Shown: positions 8,065-16,812 of the stretch, in pieces | Numbering within the stretch: position 1 is the stretch's first letter | Layout: each line of letters opens with the position of its first letter | From: an uncultured delta proteobacterium | GTDB taxonomy: Bacteria; Desulfobacterota; BSN033; UBA1163 | Direction: 5' to 3' | Assembly (NCBI GenBank): GCA_963820625.1 | Contig: CAWGAV010000020.1 | Location: forward strand, 138-64,137 | Length of the DNA stretch: 64,000 bases | Notes under the pieces: generated by a model | The model's input: only the letters and a program-made list of their open reading frames with translations | What the model was told of the DNA's origin: nothing | Databases searched by the model: none | Made by a program: the position numbers and the translations under genes

Positions 8065-8733
8065 ATGAAGTATGGGCTATGGGAGGTATCCTTGATTTCA
8101 GAGATTACTCAATGGATTATGGAGTTGATGAGGACTCATGGCCAACTCTCGGTCTTCATCGGCGTGATGATTGAACAGATCATCGTCCCCATTCCATCGC
8201 CTCTGATCATCATGGGGGCAGGGGCTATCCTCATTTTACCTGGACTTTCCATTCCTGATGCCTTCCTTCAGATTCTGTGGGTCATCGTCCTCCCCGGTTC
8301 CATTGCGTCCACACTGGGTTCCTATATTGGATACGTGATCAGTTATTATGGAGGGAAAGCCTTGGTCCTTCGGTTCCAGCGTTTTTTGGATGTGGACTGG
8401 GGTCAGATAGAAAGATTGGAGAAGCGATTTCAGGGGAGGAAAGAAGCTTTGAGCATCTTTCTCTCCCGGGCCATTCCCGTCTTCCCGATCTCTTTGGTTT
8501 CCATCTTTGCCGGTCTCCTCAGGATTCCTATCAAACCCTTCACGATTTTCACCTTTTTGGGTTCGATCTTCCGATGTTTTTTCCTAGGTTTTTTTGGATG
8601 GTGGATCGGGGCCACTTACGAAAAAGCAGCGACCCGTTTAGATTCGGTGGAGACGATCGTCTCCATTTTGATGTTGATCGGAATGGCTGTGGCGTTCGGA
8701 TATCTCTATCACAAATTTAGGAGGAAAACTTGA
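8065..8733 (+). CDS. DedA/VTT-domain membrane protein
   Basis: Multi-TM protein with the typical DedA N-terminal pattern (VFIGVMIEQIIVPIPSPLIIMGAG). Confidence 0.75.
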   Translation: MKYGLWEVSLISEITQWIMELMRTHGQLSVFIGVMIEQIIVPIPSPLIIMGAGAILILPGLSIPDAFLQILWVIVLPGSIASTLGSYIGYVISYYGGKALVLRFQRFLDVDWGQIERLEKRFQGRKEALSIFLSRAIPVFPISLVSIFAGLLRIPIKPFTIFTFLGSIFRCFFLGFFGWWIGATYEKAATRLDSVETIVSILMLIGMAVAFGYLYHKFRRKT

Positions 8734-8790
8734 TTTTAAAAAAAATGATTATGAATAATGAATTAAAAGAAGTGGAAAGGAAGATGGTCA

Positions 8791-8979
8791 ATGAGAGCGG
8801 TAGTGGATGAGGAGGCCTGTATCGGATGTGGGCTTTGCGTAGAGACTTGCCAGGAGGTCTTTGAGATGAACGATGATAAGGCCCGTGTCAAAGTAGATGA
8901 GGTTCCTGAGGATGTACGGGAGACTTGTAAAGAGGCTGCTGAAAATTGTCCCGTAGAGGCCATCCAGATGGAAGATTAA
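8791..8979 (+). CDS. small single-cluster ferredoxin
   Basis: 62 aa. CIGCGLCVETC plus a distal ENCP motif. Confidence 0.85.
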   Translation: MRAVVDEEACIGCGLCVETCQEVFEMNDDKARVKVDEVPEDVRETCKEAAENCPVEAIQMED

Positions 8980-9000
8980 GTTTCTCCAACAAGAATAAAA

Positions 9001-9039
9001 AAAGGGGGCACTCCACATAGAATCATGGATGCCCCTTTT
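9001..9039. terminator. bidirectional hairpin between convergent ferredoxin and rpoD genes
   Basis: AAAGGGGGCA ... TGCCCCTTT stem flanked by A/T runs on both sides. Confidence 0.5.
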
Positions 9040-9057
9040 AATTTTCTTCTTAAAAAA

Positions 9058-10362
9058 TTACTCAAAATATTCTTTTACTTCTTTATAGCGTTTGGGGTCT
9101 CTCAATCGATCAAGGGCTTTCGCTTCGATTTGGCGAATTCTCTCTCGGCTGAGACCGAACTGCCTACCGATTTCTTCAAGAGTACATTCCCCGTCTTCTC
9201 CAATACCAAAACGGAGTCGGAGAATCTTTTCCTCTCTCGGAGATAAACCAGATAGGAGCTTCTGGATTTGATGAGTTAAATCTTTTTCCAGCAAGGAATC
9301 ACTAGGTGAAAGGCTCTTGTCATCAGGGATCAGATCTTCAAGAGTACTATCCTCTTCCCCAATAGACATATCCAGAGAGATCGGTTCTTCAATGAGATTG
9401 AGAATTTTCTCCACATCGTGTAGAGGAATTCCACTATCCTTTGATAATTCCTGGGAGGTGGGCTCCCGACCCAACTTCTTTACCTGATCCTTAAAGGATT
9501 TCATCAACTTTCCTTTGATCTCAAAAAGATAGTTGGGAATTCGAATGGTTCTCGATTTCTCTGCAAAGGCTCTTAAAATGGCAGCCCTGATCCACCAGGA
9601 AGCGTAGGTACTGAATTTAAAACCTTTGGTATAATCGAACTTGACCATGGCCTGGATGAGACCAAGATTTCCCTCCTGGATCAAATCCAGGAAAGAAAGC
9701 CCCCGATTGGCATATCGTTTCGCAATACTGACCACCAACCGCAGATTGGCCTGAGTCAATTCATTCTTTGCCTGTTGGAGCTCGAGAAGCGCCTGTTGAT
9801 ATCGGTTCAGCATCTTCTTATAAAGGAGATTTTTCTCCTTCATTTCTGAAGAAGCGGATTTTGATTTTTTCCCATTCTTCCCATTCTTGCCCTTTAATTT
9901 ATATCCTTGCCGGGTATTGGTATGGGTACGTTTACCACCGTTTTTTGGACTCGAAGGGGGATATAATTGGGCTTTCAGACGATTGGTCTTTATCTCGAAG
10001 ATCTTGACTTGACGCTCGCCTTCCTTAATCCTTTTTGCCAATTCGACCTCTTTCTCTGGCGTAAGAAGGGATATTTTTTCAAGGCCCTTTAAATATTCCC
10101 AGGTGATATCCTGAGGTTGAAAAATTATTTCTTCCGTAGGGGCCTGATCTGCTGAAACTTCATCCTCTTCCTCAACGGCTAATTCCGCTTCTTCCGTCGG
10201 AAGCTCAAAATCCTCTATTGTCTCCTCTATTTCACTCTCCACGTAAGATGCGGATTGAATAGGTGGAATAGAGGTTGGAGGTTCAGCAAAAAGGGATGAG
10301 GACTGAACAGGTTCAAGGGTTAAATCCTCTCCTTTTTTACTTGTTGTCTTACTATTTTTCAC
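9058..10362 (-). CDS. rpoD: RNA polymerase sigma-70 family factor (RpoD-like)
   Basis: Regions 2-4 present: [45 protein letters not shown], and [23 protein letters not shown]. Acidic N-terminus. Confidence 0.85.
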   Translation of the reverse strand: MKNSKTTSKKGEDLTLEPVQSSSLFAEPPTSIPPIQSASYVESEIEETIEDFELPTEEAELAVEEEDEVSADQAPTEEIIFQPQDITWEYLKGLEKISLLTPEKEVELAKRIKEGERQVKIFEIKTNRLKAQLYPPSSPKNGGKRTHTNTRQGYKLKGKNGKNGKKSKSASSEMKEKNLLYKKMLNRYQQALLELQQAKNELTQANLRLVVSIAKRYANRGLSFLDLIQEGNLGLIQAMVKFDYTKGFKFSTYASWWIRAAILRAFAEKSRTIRIPNYLFEIKGKLMKSFKDQVKKLGREPTSQELSKDSGIPLHDVEKILNLIEEPISLDMSIGEEDSTLEDLIPDDKSLSPSDSLLEKDLTHQIQKLLSGLSPREEKILRLRFGIGEDGECTLEEIGRQFGLSRERIRQIEAKALDRLRDPKRYKEVKEYFE

Positions 10363-10760
10363 AGGTATCTACCCCTTTCTTTCTAGAACAAAAAACCCTC
10401 TCCATTCTTAGTCCATGGAAAGGGTGGATTTATTCAATTTTTCTTTTACTAAATAACCCTACCTGGTAGAATGGACCTCCCTATATCTAACACCCATATA
10501 AAGTAATTTAATCAATTCTCAATACTAATATATTCAAAGTAGCAAGTTTTGTCAAGCATTATTTTTATGTAAATTATTTATTATTTTCAGTTAGTTATAA
10601 ATTAGACGGTTAATATTCCTATTTTCATATAGGATTAATTCCGCATTTTTTTGTGAATAGTTAATAAATTCTCCAGGGTTGAAACATTGCTTTGTAACTA
10701 TTTGAAAATTAAAATAAATTCTTCATATGATGGTGGCAGGAAAAAAGTAATGGTTCTTAA

Positions 10761-10882
10761 TTTGACCCGTTCAACGGCACCCAAGCCCTTGGCCTTAGAC
10801 TTCGGCGTGACCTCAGTCGAGCGTTCGGGCCGAAAGCAAGCCCCAGCCGTTAGGCCGGGGAACTCAAGGGTTGACTTTGGGT
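10761..10882 (+). repeat. about 120-nt structured intergenic element, copy A (possible ncRNA or repeat)
   Basis: Shares a 5' block (TTCRACGGCRCCMAA) and a 3' block (AGCAASCCCCRGSCSTTAGRCCGGGGAA..TC.AAGGGTTRA) with 44745-44862. Tracked ORFs on both strands here look spurious. Confidence 0.35.
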
Positions 10883-10953
10883 AGGGCATCTCTTATAAAA
10901 TTTAAATCTGAATAATTAATCCTCCATTCCCTTTTCTAAAAAGGGTTGAAAGA

Positions 10954-11823
10954 ATGCCTATGGGATATGTGGATCTCCACCTTCATACGACCGCTTCTGA
11001 CGGGGTGCTAAGCCCATCAGAGATCGTGAGATATGCAAAAGGGAAAGGGCTTCAGGCGATTGCAATCACTGATCATGATACCATCGAAGGGTGTGAGGAG
11101 GGGTTGGCAGAAGGGGAAAAAATTGGTTTTGAAGTGATCCCGGGAATTGAAATTAGCGCCGAGCATTCACCTGGCTCCATGCATATCTTAGGGTTTTTTC
11201 TCGATATCCATCATCCCCTCCTCAATGAAAGGTTGGCATATCTTCAAAAGGCAAGGGCAGAAAGAAATCCGAAGATTGTGGAAAAGTTGAATCGGTTAGG
11301 AATTGATATAACCTTTGAAGAGGTGGTGAAGGCCTCTGGGGGTGGGCAGGTTGGGCGGCCCCATTTTGCCAATGTGCTTTTGGAAAAGAAGTATGTCAGA
11401 AGTTTTCAGGAAGCTTTCGATCGGTTTCTGAAAAAGGGAGCCCCAGCCTATGTGGACAAATTAAGATTTACATCGAAAGAGGCTCTGCATTTTATCAACG
11501 AAGCCAAAGGGGTGGCAGTGCTTGCTCATCCAAATACCCTCGGGATGAATGGATACTCAGAACTGGAGAAACTTATTCTTAAACTTGTGGAAGAGGGGCT
11601 TAAAGGGATTGAGGTCTATTATCCTGAGCACTCTGCGGCGGAAGTGGCACAATATAAAACCCTTGCCGAAAGATACGGTCTCCTGGCGACAGGGGGGACG
11701 GATTATCATGGAATCGAAAAAAACGCATTGGACATCGGGGTAGGGAAAGGAGAGATGAAGATTCCTTTCTCCATCGTGGAGAATCTCAAGGCAGTTCGAA
11801 ATCGGTCTTTATTGGAGAAGTAA
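10954..11823 (+). CDS. PHP-domain phosphoesterase (TrpH/YciV-like)
   Basis: VDLHLHTTASDGVLSPSEIV...AIAITDHDTIEG and later His/Asp motifs (VLAHP, GGTDYHG). Confidence 0.8.
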   Translation: MPMGYVDLHLHTTASDGVLSPSEIVRYAKGKGLQAIAITDHDTIEGCEEGLAEGEKIGFEVIPGIEISAEHSPGSMHILGFFLDIHHPLLNERLAYLQKARAERNPKIVEKLNRLGIDITFEEVVKASGGGQVGRPHFANVLLEKKYVRSFQEAFDRFLKKGAPAYVDKLRFTSKEALHFINEAKGVAVLAHPNTLGMNGYSELEKLILKLVEEGLKGIEVYYPEHSAAEVAQYKTLAERYGLLATGGTDYHGIEKNALDIGVGKGEMKIPFSIVENLKAVRNRSLLEK

Positions 11824-11827
11824 ATAG

Positions 11828-12241
11828 GTGGTTGTCCTTTTATTGATCGTCACGACTTTACTATGGGGATCGACCCCCATTCTTGAAAAGATAGGTTTGG
11901 CAAAAGTGGACCCCCTGATTGGGGTCACCATTCGAAGCGCCATTGTCACGGCAGGCCTTTTTTTGCTCACCTTTCTATTGGGTAAAGGCAGGGCATTAAT
12001 TGAATTGGATGGGAAGAGCATTTTCCTCTTTGGCGCAAGCGGCATGATGGCAGGTCTTCTCGGTATGTGGACTTATTACACTGCCTTGAAAATGGAGGCC
12101 ACCTCTAAAATCGTTCCCATTGCCGCCTGTTACCCTTTGGTGACCGCCCTTCTGAGTGTTTTGGTTCTCAAAGAAGGAGTAACCCTTCACAGGATCATTG
12201 GTACAGCACTAATCGTCTCAGGAATCTGGCTGGTCAAATAA
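11828..12241 (+). CDS. EamA-domain (DMT superfamily) small membrane protein
   Basis: 137 aa, 4-5 TM segments, EamA-like N-terminus (LLWGSTPILEKIG). Confidence 0.55.
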   Translation: MVVLLLIVTTLLWGSTPILEKIGLAKVDPLIGVTIRSAIVTAGLFLLTFLLGKGRALIELDGKSIFLFGASGMMAGLLGMWTYYTALKMEATSKIVPIAACYPLVTALLSVLVLKEGVTLHRIIGTALIVSGIWLVK

Positions 12242-12250
12242 AGGATGCCA

Positions 12251-12378
12251 CGGAGTCATTGGGTCTTTGAGTCTTTAAATCTCTTAAAGAATTGGACGCA
12301 AAGACGCAAAGACGCTAAGACGCAAAGACGAAATGATAGGTTAATCCAATGACTTAATCACTTAATGACCTAATTATG
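12251..12378. repeat. nested intergenic palindrome built from tandem oligomers (GTCTTTG / CAAAGACG units; GTCATTGG / CCAATGAC outer arms)
   Basis: gagtcattgggtctttgagtcttt ... gacgcaaagacgcaaagacgctaagacgcaaagacg ... ccaatgacttaatcacttaatgacc. Confidence 0.65.
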
Positions 12379-12390
12379 GAGGGAGGGTAT

Positions 12391-12495
12391 ATGAAGAGGC
12401 GAAAAAAAACGAATCGTTTGAAAGCAGCGTTGAAGAGAAAAAATGTTAAGCACTCCTTGAGGAAGTCTAAAGGAGAAAGAAAATATCCAACGTGA
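12391..12495 (+). CDS. possible 34-aa very basic peptide
   Basis: GGAGGGAGG lies 5-6 nt upstream of the ATG. MKRRKKTNRLKAALKRKNVKHSLRKSKGERKYPT. No homology recognised and it could be non-coding. Confidence 0.25.
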   Translation: MKRRKKTNRLKAALKRKNVKHSLRKSKGERKYPT

Positions 12496-12561
12496 TCAGC
12501 AAGGTTAGAGGGGTGAGGTTAGAGGTTGGAGGTAAAAAACATTGTGAGAGGCAGCAGAAAA

Positions 12562-12638
12562 TGTAGCGCCCTCATTTATTGAGGGCGAATTTGTTGAATA
12601 GAATATATATTCCGTCGGCAATGAATGCCGACGCTACA
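12562..12638. repeat. REP family 'TGTAGCG + hairpin' (two units: tgtagcgccctcatttattgagggcg and, inverted, ccgtcggcaatgaatgccgacgctaca)
   Basis: The second unit is the reverse complement of the unit at 18029-18054 (tgtagcgtcggcattcactgccgacg). Confidence 0.7.
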
Positions 12639-12649
12639 ATAGATGAATC

Positions 12650-13984
12650 ATGCCTCACCTTGAATATCCTCGGCTTGTCTTATCAGACCCTGATGGGAAT
12701 ATCTTTGATCATCCCTCTCTGAAACTATCAGGTCGATCTGGAGATCGGTTCCTCCTACCCCATCCATCAGAATTGGTGCCTCTACCTAAAGGGAGTCAAC
12801 TCTTTACTTTGCCCGGAAGGATTCCAATTGGATGGGATGAAGAAAAAAGATCTTTTGTCTCTTCGAGAAAAGTGAATTTGGGGGAGAGAGAGGTGGAATG
12901 TACAGCGGTTGCTGCTTTCCTCCCACCAGGATATATCCGCACTCTTCTCCCTGCAACACAACTGATACCAAAAGCGCCCCCCCTTCCACTTTGGGCTTAT
13001 AGTGCCGTGGGTTGGAAAGACGGGAAATTTTGGGCGCCAGGACTATTCCTTGACACCAATCCTCATTGGAATCCAAAATATTTTGGGAACGATCGCCTTT
13101 TAAAAAGAAAGGTTCAACCGTATCTTAGTAAAAACCCAAAGAATCGCCTCCTTCGACAACTTTCCAGGTGTGCTTTGGAATATCACTGCTTTGCAGCAAA
13201 AAATGTTTTTTTTCGAAGATGGGAATGTCCCTTACCGACTTCCCCTTCGTGCAATGCAGATTGTTTGGGTTGCATTTCCCTTCAACCCTCTGAATGTTGC
13301 CCGGCCTCTCAAGAGAGGATTAATTTTGTTCCGACAGTAAACGAAGTTGTGGGCGTTGCCTTGCCCCATCTGGAAGAAGCAGAGGATGCGGTCGTCAGTT
13401 TTGGTCAGGGCTGTGAGGGAGAACCGTTGATTCAATGGAGGCTTTTGGAAAATTCGATACGCAGGCTTCGAGAAAAGACTGATCGGGGAACGATCAATCT
13501 CAATACCAATGGGAGTTTTCCAGAGCGGTTGACAAAACTGTGTGACGCAGGGCTTGACAGTGTTCGTATCACGCTAAACAGTCCCCATTTAAAATTCTAC
13601 AAACGCTATCACAGACCAAAGGGATATTCCTTCGGGGAAGTGGTGGATTCCTTGATTCAGGCGAAAGGAAAAGGGACCTACACTTCGATTAATCTCCTCG
13701 TCTTCCCAGGGTTCACAGACAGGGAGGAAGAAGTGGAGGGATTGATAGACCTGATCAGGAAAACGAGCCTCGATCTCATCCAGATGCGGAACCTCAACAT
13801 TGATCCAGACCTCTATCTTAAGACCATGGGAAGAGGTGAAGGGGTAGGTATCTCTAAGATGATCGATGTTCTCAAGAAGGAATTCCCTTCTCTCCAATTC
13901 GGTTATTTCAACCGCACCAAAGAATCCTTTTACTCCAGCGGAAGTAATGGAGACCGAATTCGAGGTGCTGAGTTCGGAGTTTAG
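12650..13984 (+). CDS. radical SAM domain protein
   Basis: CX3CX2C motif (CNADCLGC) followed by a TIM-barrel-like region (GQGCEGEPL, NLNTNGS, RITLNS). The C-terminal residues run into a GTTCGGAG repeat. Confidence 0.75.
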   Translation: MPHLEYPRLVLSDPDGNIFDHPSLKLSGRSGDRFLLPHPSELVPLPKGSQLFTLPGRIPIGWDEEKRSFVSSRKVNLGEREVECTAVAAFLPPGYIRTLLPATQLIPKAPPLPLWAYSAVGWKDGKFWAPGLFLDTNPHWNPKYFGNDRLLKRKVQPYLSKNPKNRLLRQLSRCALEYHCFAAKNVFFRRWECPLPTSPSCNADCLGCISLQPSECCPASQERINFVPTVNEVVGVALPHLEEAEDAVVSFGQGCEGEPLIQWRLLENSIRRLREKTDRGTINLNTNGSFPERLTKLCDAGLDSVRITLNSPHLKFYKRYHRPKGYSFGEVVDSLIQAKGKGTYTSINLLVFPGFTDREEEVEGLIDLIRKTSLDLIQMRNLNIDPDLYLKTMGRGEGVGISKMIDVLKKEFPSLQFGYFNRTKESFYSSGSNGDRIRGAEFGV

Positions 13985-14071
13985 CCTGCCTTCGCCGAAG
14001 CGGCTACGCGCAGGCAGGAGTTCGGAGAATTGAAACCATGGACTCCGAACTCCGAACTAATAATTCGGAGC
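13969..14071. repeat. intergenic composite: GAGTTCGGAG units flanking a cctgcc...ggcagg hairpin, then CTCCGAAC units
   Basis: Read directly. Same unit family as 2074-2300 and 29242-29320. Confidence 0.65.
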
Positions 14072-14081
14072 TATTTTAAAG

Positions 14082-14774
14082 ATGGATGAGCGGCAATTTA
14101 GAGAGGGAGTAAAAGCTGCCCTGCCCATCGTTTTAGGGTACCTTCCAGTTGGGGTGGCTTTTGGCTTATTGGCTCGGAAAAATGGGCTCACTACATTCGA
14201 AGTAGGATTGATGAGCCTGCTTGTCTACGCTGGAGCGAGTCAATTCCTTGCTATTGAAATGATTTCCAAGGGGATGACTTGGCTTCCCATCGTCCTCGCC
14301 ACCTTTTTCATCAACCTGAGACATTTTCTCATGAGTTCTAACCTTTCCCTCTATCTTAAAAACACCAGGCTTCCTCTTCTTGGTTTTCTTTCGGCACAAT
14401 TGACAGATGAGTCCTTCGCTGTGGCTATTTCCAATCTCCACAATGTGAAAAATAGACCTTCGTACCTCTTCGGCCTCCAAATCACTTCTCACCTCGCTTG
14501 GGTGACAGGATCTATTGGAGGTGCCTTATTCGGCCCTTTCATCAAAATTTCGGAATATGGCCTTCCCTTTGCCCTTCCGTCTCTCTTCATCTGCCTCCTC
14601 ATGCTTCAACTTAAGAGTTTCCATCATTTTTGGATTATGGTTGTTGCAGGGATTTCCTCTCTATTCTTCAAGTGGGCATTTCCCGGCAATTGGTATATCT
14701 TACTCGTTGCTCTTCTTGCTGCAGGGATAGGGGTGATAAAAGCTCAAGGGTCAAAGCTCAAAGCTGAAAGCTGA
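14082..14774 (+). CDS. azlC: AzlC-family branched-chain amino acid exporter subunit
   Basis: ALPIVLGYLPVGVAFGLLA...YAGASQF pattern, multi-TM, followed by an azlD-like gene. Confidence 0.75.
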   Translation: MDERQFREGVKAALPIVLGYLPVGVAFGLLARKNGLTTFEVGLMSLLVYAGASQFLAIEMISKGMTWLPIVLATFFINLRHFLMSSNLSLYLKNTRLPLLGFLSAQLTDESFAVAISNLHNVKNRPSYLFGLQITSHLAWVTGSIGGALFGPFIKISEYGLPFALPSLFICLLMLQLKSFHHFWIMVVAGISSLFFKWAFPGNWYILLVALLAAGIGVIKAQGSKLKAES

Positions 14775-14803
14775 AATCATGATTAAGAGAAGCAGATAGA
14801 AAT

Positions 14804-15127
14804 ATGAGAGAAGAAATGCTGGCGATTATTGTCGGGATGGCGGTTGTGACCTTTTTACCCCGCTTCCTCCCACTGGCCTTTTTGACCAGGTGGGTCATTC
14901 CTGAAAGGGTTAAAATGGGATTGGGTTATATTCCGATCGCCATTTTGAGTGCGATCGTTTTCCCCATCCTTTTTTTCAATGGAGGGGGAAAGGTTGAAAT
15001 TCAACCTCATTACCTTCTCTCTGCTATTCCTGTTTTTTTCTTTGCCTGGAAGGTGAAGAGCCTTTGGGCTTCGGTCGTCCTGGGAATGTTGATTTATTGG
15101 GGACTTGGCTTGTTATTGGGTTATTGA
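14804..15127 (+). CDS. azlD: AzlD-family small membrane protein
   Basis: 107 aa, 3-4 TM, immediately downstream of azlC (AIIVGMAVVTFLPRFLP). Confidence 0.65.
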   Translation: MREEMLAIIVGMAVVTFLPRFLPLAFLTRWVIPERVKMGLGYIPIAILSAIVFPILFFNGGGKVEIQPHYLLSAIPVFFFAWKVKSLWASVVLGMLIYWGLGLLLGY

Positions 15128-15167
15128 GTCCAAAAGACGCAACGACACTAGGACGCAAAGACGCTTT

Positions 15168-15809
15168 TTAGGTTTTTTCGGCGATGAGGCTTGCCACTGC
15201 CTTCTTTTTTCCACCCTCCCTGAAGATTCCTTCGCGATAGAATAGAATCCGGAAGTTTTTAAAGAGCCTGAGAAGTTCGTTGTGTTTTAAAAAATATTTA
15301 GCCTGTTTGGGCCCTCCTGTCCCGAGCGTCCTGTGCTCAAGGAGGTAAGTCTCGAAAATCACCTTTCCTCCTTTTTTAAGTCCTTTTTTGATCCTCGGGA
15401 TGAGACGACGCTTGAGGAAGTAGAAATTGGCGATGAGGTCGTATCGTTCTTTTTCAATCGGATATTGATCGAGGTCAACGAGAAAGGTATTAATATGAAC
15501 TCCTTTCTCTCTGGCTAATTTTTGAGTTTTCTTCAAACCCCTCTCAGAGATATCCACTGCATCCACTTCAAATCCATTTTGGGCAAGAAAGACTGAGTTT
15601 CTTCCTTCTCCCGTAGCAATATCGAGGGCTTTCCCTTTTGGGAGGAGATGGATATGTTTCTTGAGAAAAGGATTGGGTTCTTTCCCGAGAGCGAATTCTT
15701 TCCTCCCGAATCTCTTGTCCCACCGTTTCCGATCAGCTTTCATAATCCTTCTATTTCTTAAATCATTACCATTGGATTTTACAGCAGTTGGAGGGAAATT
15801 CAAATTCAA
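15168..15809 (-). CDS. class I SAM-dependent methyltransferase (TehB-like)
   Basis: Motif I ALDIATGEGRNSVFLAQNGFEVDAVDIS. The true start is probably the internal Met at about 15743 (MKADRKRWDKRF). Confidence 0.7.
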   Translation of the reverse strand: MNLNFPPTAVKSNGNDLRNRRIMKADRKRWDKRFGRKEFALGKEPNPFLKKHIHLLPKGKALDIATGEGRNSVFLAQNGFEVDAVDISERGLKKTQKLAREKGVHINTFLVDLDQYPIEKERYDLIANFYFLKRRLIPRIKKGLKKGGKVIFETYLLEHRTLGTGGPKQAKYFLKHNELLRLFKNFRILFYREGIFREGGKKKAVASLIAEKT

Positions 15810-15995
15810 AAAAAGAGAGCTTTGAAAAACTACTTTACGCTCTCTTGATTACACAGATTTTTTCTCTATTTTCAATGTATTCCTGTCTGCGCCTGCCTGC
15901 GGTAGGCAGGGCAGGCAGGTCTTATCAGTGTCATCGTTTCCTAATCTATGTAATCAGAGATTGCTGGGCTTTTTCAGAAATCTCAAAAATTCCCC

Positions 15996-16042
15996 TTGAC
16001 AGCGAAAAGAATTGAAGATATAAATAGTCTACAAATGTAGAC
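15996..16042 (+). promoter_or_regulatory. sigma70-like promoter of lexA-2 (TTGACA-17 nt-TATAAA), followed by perfect palindrome GTCTACAAATGTAGAC (16027-16042), a candidate LexA operator
   Basis: Hexamers and the 7-2-7 palindrome were read directly. The palindrome sits just 3' of the -10 element. Confidence 0.5.
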
Positions 16043-16096
16043 CTCTAATAAAGAGGCTCAAAGTTCAAAGCTCAAAGGGGGAAAAAGGAAAATAAA

Positions 16097-16723
16097 ATGG
16101 AAGACAAAAAAGAACTGACTTCAACTCAACAGAGAGTCTTTGATTTTTTGAAGGATTATCTTCGGGAAAAAGGGTTTCCGCCAACGCTTCGTGAAATTGC
16201 TTCTCACTTTGGATTAAAAGGGCCTAAGGCGCCACAAAAAACCCTGAGCATCCTTGAGAGGAAGGGGTACATCCGTAAAGTCCCGGGAGGTTCGAGGGCG
16301 ATTGAAATTTTAAGCTACCCACAGTTCAGTCTTACCCAAATACTTCCAATCCCCATTGTAGGAAGAGTGAAAGCAGGTGAACCCATTCTCGCCATCGAGA
16401 ATATCGAGGGTTACATTAACTTCGATCGGACTCTTGTCTCTTCAGGGGATGTCTTTCTCCTTCGGGTCCAGGGAGAGAGCATGATCGATGCTCACATTCA
16501 GGACGGAGATTTTGCCCTGGTGAAGCCGCAGCCCAATGCAGAAAACGGTGAGATTGTCGTGGCCTTGATCGAAGATGAGGCAACGATCAAGAGGATCTTT
16601 AAAAAGAGGGACTTAATTCGGCTTGAACCAGCCAATCCCAAGATGGAACCCATTGTCGTCAAAAAAGGAGAGAAAAAGGTCATCATTGTTGGAAAGGTAA
16701 TCGGGATTTTTAGAAAACTTTAA
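16097..16723 (+). CDS. lexA: LexA repressor (paralog 2)
   Basis: GFPPTLREIASHF HTH, Ala-Gly site (RVKAGEP), QGESM serine and IKRIF lysine. Confidence 0.9.
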   Translation: MEDKKELTSTQQRVFDFLKDYLREKGFPPTLREIASHFGLKGPKAPQKTLSILERKGYIRKVPGGSRAIEILSYPQFSLTQILPIPIVGRVKAGEPILAIENIEGYINFDRTLVSSGDVFLLRVQGESMIDAHIQDGDFALVKPQPNAENGEIVVALIEDEATIKRIFKKRDLIRLEPANPKMEPIVVKKGEKKVIIVGKVIGIFRKL

Positions 16724-16812
16724 TGGCTGATAGCCAATGGCGAATGGCTTATAGCTAATAGCTTATTGTTAAGTCCTTTATTCCGTTTACCATCAGCCAT
16801 AGGCTATCTGCT
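16724..16812. repeat. intergenic hairpin with tandem-oligomer arms (GGCTGATAGCC / GCTATCAGCC type) between lexA-2 and dinB
   Basis: atggctgatagccaatggcgaatggcttatagctaatagc ... ccatcagccataggctatctgc. Confidence 0.6.

Noticed and set aside
10687-10889. Overlapping 65-aa (+) and 63-aa (-) ORFs
   Set aside because: They mirror each other across a GC-rich structured repeat that recurs at 44745-44862, where the frames are not conserved. They are most likely non-coding.
12293-15165. GACGCAAAGACG-type repeats at 12293-12335 and 15128-15165 as direct repeats flanking a mobile segment (radical SAM, azlCD)
   Set aside because: The enclosed genes look native. The repeats belong to the general tandem-arm terminator-like family found after many genes, so bracketing is probably coincidental.
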